A DNA stretch of 47,118 nucleotides from Candidatus Limnocylindrales bacterium (GTDB lineage Bacteria; Chloroflexota; Limnocylindria; Limnocylindrales; CSP1-4), in the NCBI GenBank assembly GCA_037720745.1, contig JBBJNS010000003.1, positions 1 through 47,118 on the forward strand, read 5' to 3'. The notes under the pieces were generated by a model. The model was not told where the DNA came from, searched no databases, and worked only from the letters and a program-made list of their open reading frames with translations. Shown here piece by piece: positions 41,923 through 47,118 of the stretch; within the stretch, counting starts at the first letter, position 1, and each line of letters begins with the position of its first letter. Both the position numbers and the translations under genes were made by a program.

Positions 41923-42522
41923 GTGGTCGACACACTCGAGCCGTGGGCGCACGGCCGCCCCGAACCACTGATCCACGGCGAGCGTGTCTGGTTGCGCCCT
42001 TCCGAGCGGACCGACATACCGACATTCGTGCGGTGGTTCAACGACGCTGGCACGACTCGCTACCTCATGGCCAGAGCTCCGATGAGTCTGGCTGGTGAGG
42101 AGAAGTGGTTCGACCGGATGCTGGATCGACAAGGCAAGGATGCGTACCACTTCGTCATCTGCCAGCTCGACGATGATCGCCCCATCGGCTCCATCGGCTT
42201 CCACGATACCGATCACGTCGACGGCAACGCCGCCGTGGGCGTCATGATCGGCGAGCGCGAGCTGTGGGGTCAGGGGTTGGGCAGCGACGCGATGGAAGCC
42301 TTGCTCGACTTTGGTTTCGGTGAGCTCCGCCTGGAGCGTATCTGGCTGGAGGTCTATGACTTCAACGCCCGGGCCCGCCGCTCGTACGAGAAGTGCGGCT
42401 TCGTGCACGAAGGGACGCTTCGGCGCGCCATCTACCGCCGTGGCGAGTACCACGACGTCCACGTCATGGCGATCCTGCGCGACGATCGGGCGAGAGGCAA
42501 GACGACCGCGATACGCTCCTAA
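41923..42522 (+). CDS. GNAT family (RimJ/RimL-like) N-acetyltransferase
   Basis: IGERELWGQGLGS, FGELRLERIWLEV and NARARRSYEKCGFVHEG motifs; AAGGAG RBS before GTG 41923. Confidence 0.9.
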   Translation: MVDTLEPWAHGRPEPLIHGERVWLRPSERTDIPTFVRWFNDAGTTRYLMARAPMSLAGEEKWFDRMLDRQGKDAYHFVICQLDDDRPIGSIGFHDTDHVDGNAAVGVMIGERELWGQGLGSDAMEALLDFGFGELRLERIWLEVYDFNARARRSYEKCGFVHEGTLRRAIYRRGEYHDVHVMAILRDDRARGKTTAIRS

Positions 42523-42527
42523 GTCAT

Positions 42528-42541
42528 AGAACAGACGTTCG
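42528..42541. promoter_or_regulatory. Gram-positive-type LexA (SOS) box
   Basis: AGAAC-AGAC-GTTCG is a perfect GAAC-N4-GTTC, followed by a TAACTT -10-like hexamer, upstream of msrA. Confidence 0.6.
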
Positions 42542-42600
42542 ATAACTTCGAGCAGCCGGCGGCCATCCCGCGCGCCGGCGGGCGGGACTACACTGGTGAC

Positions 42601-43287
42601 ATGTTCTCGTTTCGACGCCCCTCCGCCCTACCCTCCCCCGCCCAGGCCCTGCCCGGACGCCCCACCTCAGTGCCCGTGCCCGAGCGCCATCACGTGAATG
42701 GCCAGCGCCTGTCTCCTCCCTGGCCGGACGGTACGCGCACCGTGGTCTTCGGCATGGGCTGCTTCTGGGGACCTGAAAAGGAGTTCTGGCAGATGCCTGG
42801 GGTCGTTTCCACGGCCGTCGGGTATGCCGGAGGATCGACACCGAATCCCACGTACGAGGAGGTCTGCTCTGGTCGGACCGGCCACGCCGAGGTCGTATTG
42901 GTGGCGTTCGACCCGGAGCGCATCTCGCATGCGGAGTTGCTGCGGGAGTTCTGGCAGAACCATGACCCCACCCAGGGCATGCGCCAGGGCAACGACACGG
43001 GTACGCAGTACCGCTCGGTCATCCACCTGACCGATCCGGACGATCGCGCAGCGGCTGAAGCGTCGCGTGACGCCTATCAGGAGCGCCTCTCTGAGGCGGG
43101 CTTCGGCGACATCACCACAGAGATCGTCGATGCGCCCGAGTTCTACTACGCCGAGGCGTACCACCAGCAGTACCTAGCCAAGAACCCGGGGGGCTATTGT
43201 ATGAATAACTCCACGGGTGTCGCCTGCCCGATCGGGCTCGGCGTGAAGGCGACGGATGCAGCTGCCGAGGCCGAGCCGGTCGCCTAG
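42601..43287 (+). CDS. msrA: Peptide-methionine (S)-S-oxide reductase
   Basis: [39 protein letters not shown] and AEAYHQQYL motifs. Confidence 0.97.
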   Translation: MFSFRRPSALPSPAQALPGRPTSVPVPERHHVNGQRLSPPWPDGTRTVVFGMGCFWGPEKEFWQMPGVVSTAVGYAGGSTPNPTYEEVCSGRTGHAEVVLVAFDPERISHAELLREFWQNHDPTQGMRQGNDTGTQYRSVIHLTDPDDRAAAEASRDAYQERLSEAGFGDITTEIVDAPEFYYAEAYHQQYLAKNPGGYCMNNSTGVACPIGLGVKATDAAAEAEPVA

Positions 43288-43451
43288 GTAAGTGGGGCGG
43301 CCGACGCTGCCCCAGTGGTCTCAGACCACGTCGTCGCGAGAGATGGCGTCGCCATAGGCGCTGACCATCATGAGCGCCTCCCTGCGCTTCATCCCGAGGG
43401 CCGACCGGACCTTCCTAGCGTCGGCGCCCGGCCACGTCGGGCCGCCATGGC

Positions 43452-44123
43452 TCAGTCCTCCTCGTCGTCCTCGAAGTCCGGCCAAGCCGCGATGTCGACA
43501 CCGTGGTTCTCGGGCGACGCGAGTGTCCACCAATGGGGCACATGCGTACCGTCCGCCAGGCGTCCGCCAGCTTCGAGTGCTGCCGCGACTCTTGCTTCGG
43601 CCTGATCGGCCGGCACGCTGACGTCGATGTGGGTCCGGCCACGCCCCGGCTTGGGAGGGCGGAGGCTTTGGAACGACACGTGCGGGTTACGTCGGTGCCG
43701 ATCGACGACGTCTTCTTTCGGTCCAAGGCTCCTGTACCCGAGGGCTGCGGCCCAAAACGGACCTACGTCGCTGCCTGCATCCTGTGCCACCGCAATGCCC
43801 ACGACCTGGACCTGGGAGGGGTCCGGCTCGATCCGCAACTTCCGAGCTTCTGCCGAAATCTGGCGTGCCAGCTCGACATCACGATGGCTCAGAGCTCCGT
43901 ACTCCCCGGAGGCGGTCCGGACTGTGACTCCCTCGGGTCGCACGTCCACGTCGGGGAAGTGGCCCACAACCTCGGCAACTTCGGCGATCGCGGCCACAAA
44001 CCTTGCTGCTTCCGCGAACGATCCGACGTGGAAGTAGGCGTGGGCGCCAGAGAAAAGGACCCGCCAGTCCTCGACTCCGACGGCGTCGTGGAATGCCCGA
44101 GCAGTCGTTCGCTTCTCGCTCAT
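43452..44123 (-). CDS. Pterin-4a-carbinolamine dehydratase-like domain plus VOC/glyoxalase-like domain protein
   Basis: GHFPDVDVR...DVELARQIS (PCD-like), then FWAAALGY, RTHIDV, AALEAGG and WWTLASPE (glyoxalase-like). Confidence 0.8.
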   Translation of the reverse strand: MSEKRTTARAFHDAVGVEDWRVLFSGAHAYFHVGSFAEAARFVAAIAEVAEVVGHFPDVDVRPEGVTVRTASGEYGALSHRDVELARQISAEARKLRIEPDPSQVQVVGIAVAQDAGSDVGPFWAAALGYRSLGPKEDVVDRHRRNPHVSFQSLRPPKPGRGRTHIDVSVPADQAEARVAAALEAGGRLADGTHVPHWWTLASPENHGVDIAAWPDFEDDEED

Positions 44124-44692
44124 GGGGCAATGCTAGGCAGGAATAGAGAAGCGGCCACAAACGCTAACTCACCGTCGGTGAATGGAATCCCGTCGGCCAC
44201 GAGCGCGTTCGGCGTCCAGAGGTAGAGGTGCGACTTGTCGCCGGCGATCTCCTTGACCGGGAGGGCCGCTATCTCGGCGGACGTCATCGTCTCGTACCGT
44301 GCGAGCCGGCGGTGCTCGGGCGCGACCTTGCCCGTGCGGTTGATGAAGCGCCAAGGCGGGTCCGCTAGGATCGTGCCGAACCGCTGACCCTCCAGGGCCT
44401 CCAGCAGACCGGCGGACGTCGCCGCGATGACCCTGCTCGGAAGAGCGACAGGCATCGACGCCGGTTCGGCCCTGCTGCCCCATCGTGCCTCTGCCGCGCG
44501 TCGCGCGATGTCGCTCCGCTCGTCGGCCGTCAACTTGTCGGCGCGGGCGCGCCCGCCCTTCAGCCCGCCGCGGCGGCCGAACTCGACGGCGAGCGGGTCC
44601 TTATGCTCGTCCTCGTCGCGATCTGTCGGCATCGCGAGGTCTTCCCACATCGGGTCGGAACGGCCTTCGCCCGTGCGTGACGGCTCATGCAT
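44120..44692 (-). pseudogene. 3'-truncated MT-A70-family adenine methyltransferase with an N-terminal basic GRxGGLKGG domain
   Basis: TILADPPW, RTGKVAPEH and SHLYLWTPNAL are present, then similarity ends after ALVADG (about 44190); the C-terminal half of the MT-A70 fold is missing. Confidence 0.7.
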
Positions 44693-44864
44693 GCGCATCA
44701 TCATACGGGCTAGGGAAGCGCGATGCTGTCAAGTTTCGCGATCAGCTCACCAGCCGCGCGTGCGCTCCGCCATCGTCTCCGTCAGGGCCGCACGATGCCC
44801 ATTCCTTGGTGCGTCCCCCTTGCGCGGTAGCTGCCGCTCTGGCGGCTTTCGGCGTGGCAGGCCA

Positions 44865-45713
44865 TCAATACAAGCGGTGGCGCGACAGACGCTGGCCTCG
44901 GTAGGTGTTCGCGCGAACGAGATCGGCAACGGCCACAATGCCGCGCGGCGAATGCCAATCGCGGGACGGTTTCTCTAGCGCCCATCCGTCGCCAATCCCG
45001 ATTGCGGCATGGACACTGCATCCGTCCAGCGTCCGCCACATGTACACCGTGCCAACATCGGAATCGCGGCCCCCGCGCACCGTCGAGGCGTCAAGCCAAG
45101 TGTCAAACGGTTCTGTCTCCGACCAGACCGTTGGTGTATCGGTGACACCGGCTGCGGCCATGACTGTCGAGAAGCAGTTGGGTCCACCGGCGGAGGGGAA
45201 CGTGCCCGCAAGATCATGCGCCCCAGGAAGGGCTGCGGCGCAACGTTGCCAGGTCGCGGCTGCGACCTCCTTGTGTCGGCTCGCGAGACGGTTCCGTGAC
45301 GCAACACGCGCGAGCGTGCGCTGAAGGTCCACTTCCACCAACTCCGGCCACCAAACGAATCGGTGGCCGTCAGCCTGCGCACGCAACCGAGAGCCATCGA
45401 TCAGATCGCTCCAGCCCTTTACCGTCGGTACTTCGCGCCCGTTCCTCACCTGTGAGCGAACGAGCGTCGCGCGTCGTTCGCGCGGCAGGGACTGAAACTC
45501 TTCCTCGGAAAGCCAGACAACTTCTAGGGATTGAGGCACCCTCCAAAGTTGGTAGGTGTCGTTTAGTTCGGTGGATATTTCATCGCGACGACCGGCTTTC
45601 CCAGGCCATTCGGCGGCAGAGCCCACGAAGAACGGTTGCGGATCTGGTGCGAGCCAGTGCGTCCATCGCCTAAGGGACTGGTCCGACACCTCGATGCCGA
45701 GGACTGTAAACAC
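44865..45713 (-). CDS. Hypothetical protein with a possible papain/NlpC-P60-like Cys-His pair
   Basis: 282-aa ORF with GPNCF...HAAIGIGDGWALEK; TACTGT 7 nt before the GTG. Confidence 0.6.
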   Translation of the reverse strand: MFTVLGIEVSDQSLRRWTHWLAPDPQPFFVGSAAEWPGKAGRRDEISTELNDTYQLWRVPQSLEVVWLSEEEFQSLPRERRATLVRSQVRNGREVPTVKGWSDLIDGSRLRAQADGHRFVWWPELVEVDLQRTLARVASRNRLASRHKEVAAATWQRCAAALPGAHDLAGTFPSAGGPNCFSTVMAAAGVTDTPTVWSETEPFDTWLDASTVRGGRDSDVGTVYMWRTLDGCSVHAAIGIGDGWALEKPSRDWHSPRGIVAVADLVRANTYRGQRLSRHRLY

Positions 45714-45998
45714 GCGAACAACAGTAGCTGGCTCCTCTTACGCGTGCTCACTCCTGCCCCACCAGTCGCAGGCCAGCCGGCTCCTGGTAAGCGCTGCCCT
45801 CCCGCAGCGACCGCTCGTAGGCCGCGCTCTTGGCCGCCACCGAGGCCTGGGCCGCGCCGATCCTGTCGCCGGCCAGCACCGCAGCGAAGTTTCGAGTAGT
45901 CGAGGCTGTGATCTGGGCATCGGCGTAGTCCTTCACGGACTGCTGGCGCGCCTCCAGGGCGGCGACCCGGTTCGGCAGCTTCTTGTCCAGAGCGTTGT

Positions 45999-46847
45999 TT
46001 ACCAGACGCTCCGTTTGGCGCTGAAGTCGCTGAAGGCCATGGCCAGCATGCCCTGCGCGAACAGATCGGTGGTGGTGACCGTGTCCAGGATGCCGCTCGC
46101 GGGAGCCGCGCCATCGTTCTGGAGTGCCGCGCCTATCTCGAACGCCTCCGCTAGCTCCGGCGCGTTCATGTGGCCCTCGGCGGTGCGCCCGTCCGGGCCG
46201 TACCTCGGGTAGTAGTTGAAGGGGTCGATAGTCACCGTGCAGCCGTAGACGATCTGCGTCGGATCCTCGCTCGGCTTCGTGAGCTGGCGGCATAGGTCGG
46301 CATATTCCGCGAACGTCATCGACTCGTCGGGTGACGGGTAGGCGAGTCCTGCCTCATCGAAGAACGCCTTGTTGTAGACCACCGTGAAACCGCCCAGGAA
46401 GGTCCCGATGCCATACAGGCCATCGCTCGGGTCCCCCTCAGTGGTGCCGCGCGCGAGCCCGCCCGGGCTGTAGTCGTCGACGCCCACGCCCCAGTCGCCT
46501 AGATGCTCTGTGAGGTCGACTGCGAAGCCGACCTTCATCCAGTTCCGATTCTCCATGATCGCCACGTCCGGGGGGTTGCCGGCGACGAGGGAGGTGCTGA
46601 TCTTTGTGTGGTACTCCTCCTCGGGATAGACGACGACCTCCACGTCCTTGCCTTCGTTGGCGGCCTCGAACGCCGACTCGATAGCGCGGATGGCGACCTC
46701 GTCGTCGCCCTGCGGGAACATCCACACGCTTATCGCGTTGGAGCTCGCACCGCCATCGTTCCCGCGACCACCCAGGCACCCGGCCATCACTATGGTCGAG
46801 GTGACGGCTACGGCACCCATTCGCATGAGTCGCCCGTTCCGATCCAT
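45999..46847 (-). pseudogene. Sugar ABC transporter substrate-binding lipoprotein, apparently 3'-truncated
   Basis: Lipobox MAGC, then FEAANEG..VEV, AGNPPDVA, VYNKAFFDEAGL and LFAQGMLAM. It stops at about 282 aa whereas this family is usually over 400 aa, and no permease genes follow. Confidence 0.7.
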
Positions 46848-47118
46848 CTGCAAGGTCCTCCTCATGACGAGCGAGGCGTTCTGCGCCAGTCGTGGGACGC
46901 GTCAAGTCCCTCCCTTGTAACACAAACGCCACAAGGTTCCACTCCGGACGCGGGACCGCGAGAGCGCCAGGGTCGGCCGCCCCTGGCGCCAGCGGTTCGG
47001 AACGCGAGCCCCGGGATGGAGCTTGTCCCAGAGCCGGGCGGTGTTCCAGTCGCCGAGCGCAGCGAAGAAGCAGCGGAGCATGGTCCCAGATGAACGGTCG
47101 CGAACGCCTCATGGGCAT

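Noticed and set aside
43321-43533. 70-aa minus-strand ORF after the PCD/VOC gene
   Set aside because: It overlaps the upstream gene, and has no convincing start signal or motif.
46866-47118. Possible coding fragment at the right edge
   Set aside because: Several open frames, none with a recognisable motif; cannot be resolved at the window edge.

Overview
GC-rich (roughly 70% by eye) bacterial chromosomal segment. Gene content and protein style suggest a monoderm, Chloroflexota-like organism (inference). Left to right it holds: the 3' end of an aconitase, a Kef/YbaL-type cation:proton antiporter, a heme catalase and tRNA-Val(CAC). Next is a minus-strand dcw cluster (mraZ-rsmH-small ORF-ftsL-ftsI-murF-mraY-murD-ftsW-murG-murB-ddl-ftsQ-ftsA-yjbQ-ftsZ-yggS-yggT, with no murE, murC or sepF). 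Then come RNase P RNA, an RNase HI/metallo-beta-lactamase-fold fusion, a TCA/propionyl-CoA block (sdhCDAB, icd-like, sucCD, methylmalonyl-CoA epimerase and mutase, acyl-CoA carboxylase) and a parAB pair. The right end is a mosaic of small genes and two truncated genes. The top candidate for an undescribed system is a ParABS-like module with a divergent ParB and a non-canonical perfect palindrome, TGTCTTTGCGCAAAGACA. This palindrome occurs twice (intergenic at 36460-36477 and inside parB at 39647-39664), and DnaA-type boxes plus a 16-bp tandem repeat lie upstream of parA. Other points of interest are the RNase H-MBL fusion next to rnpB, many probable leaderless promoters, a perfect LexA box upstream of msrA, a translationally coupled Arg-rich mini-gene in the dcw operon and a probable CTG start for yggS. 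All calls come from reading the sequence; no database searches were run.
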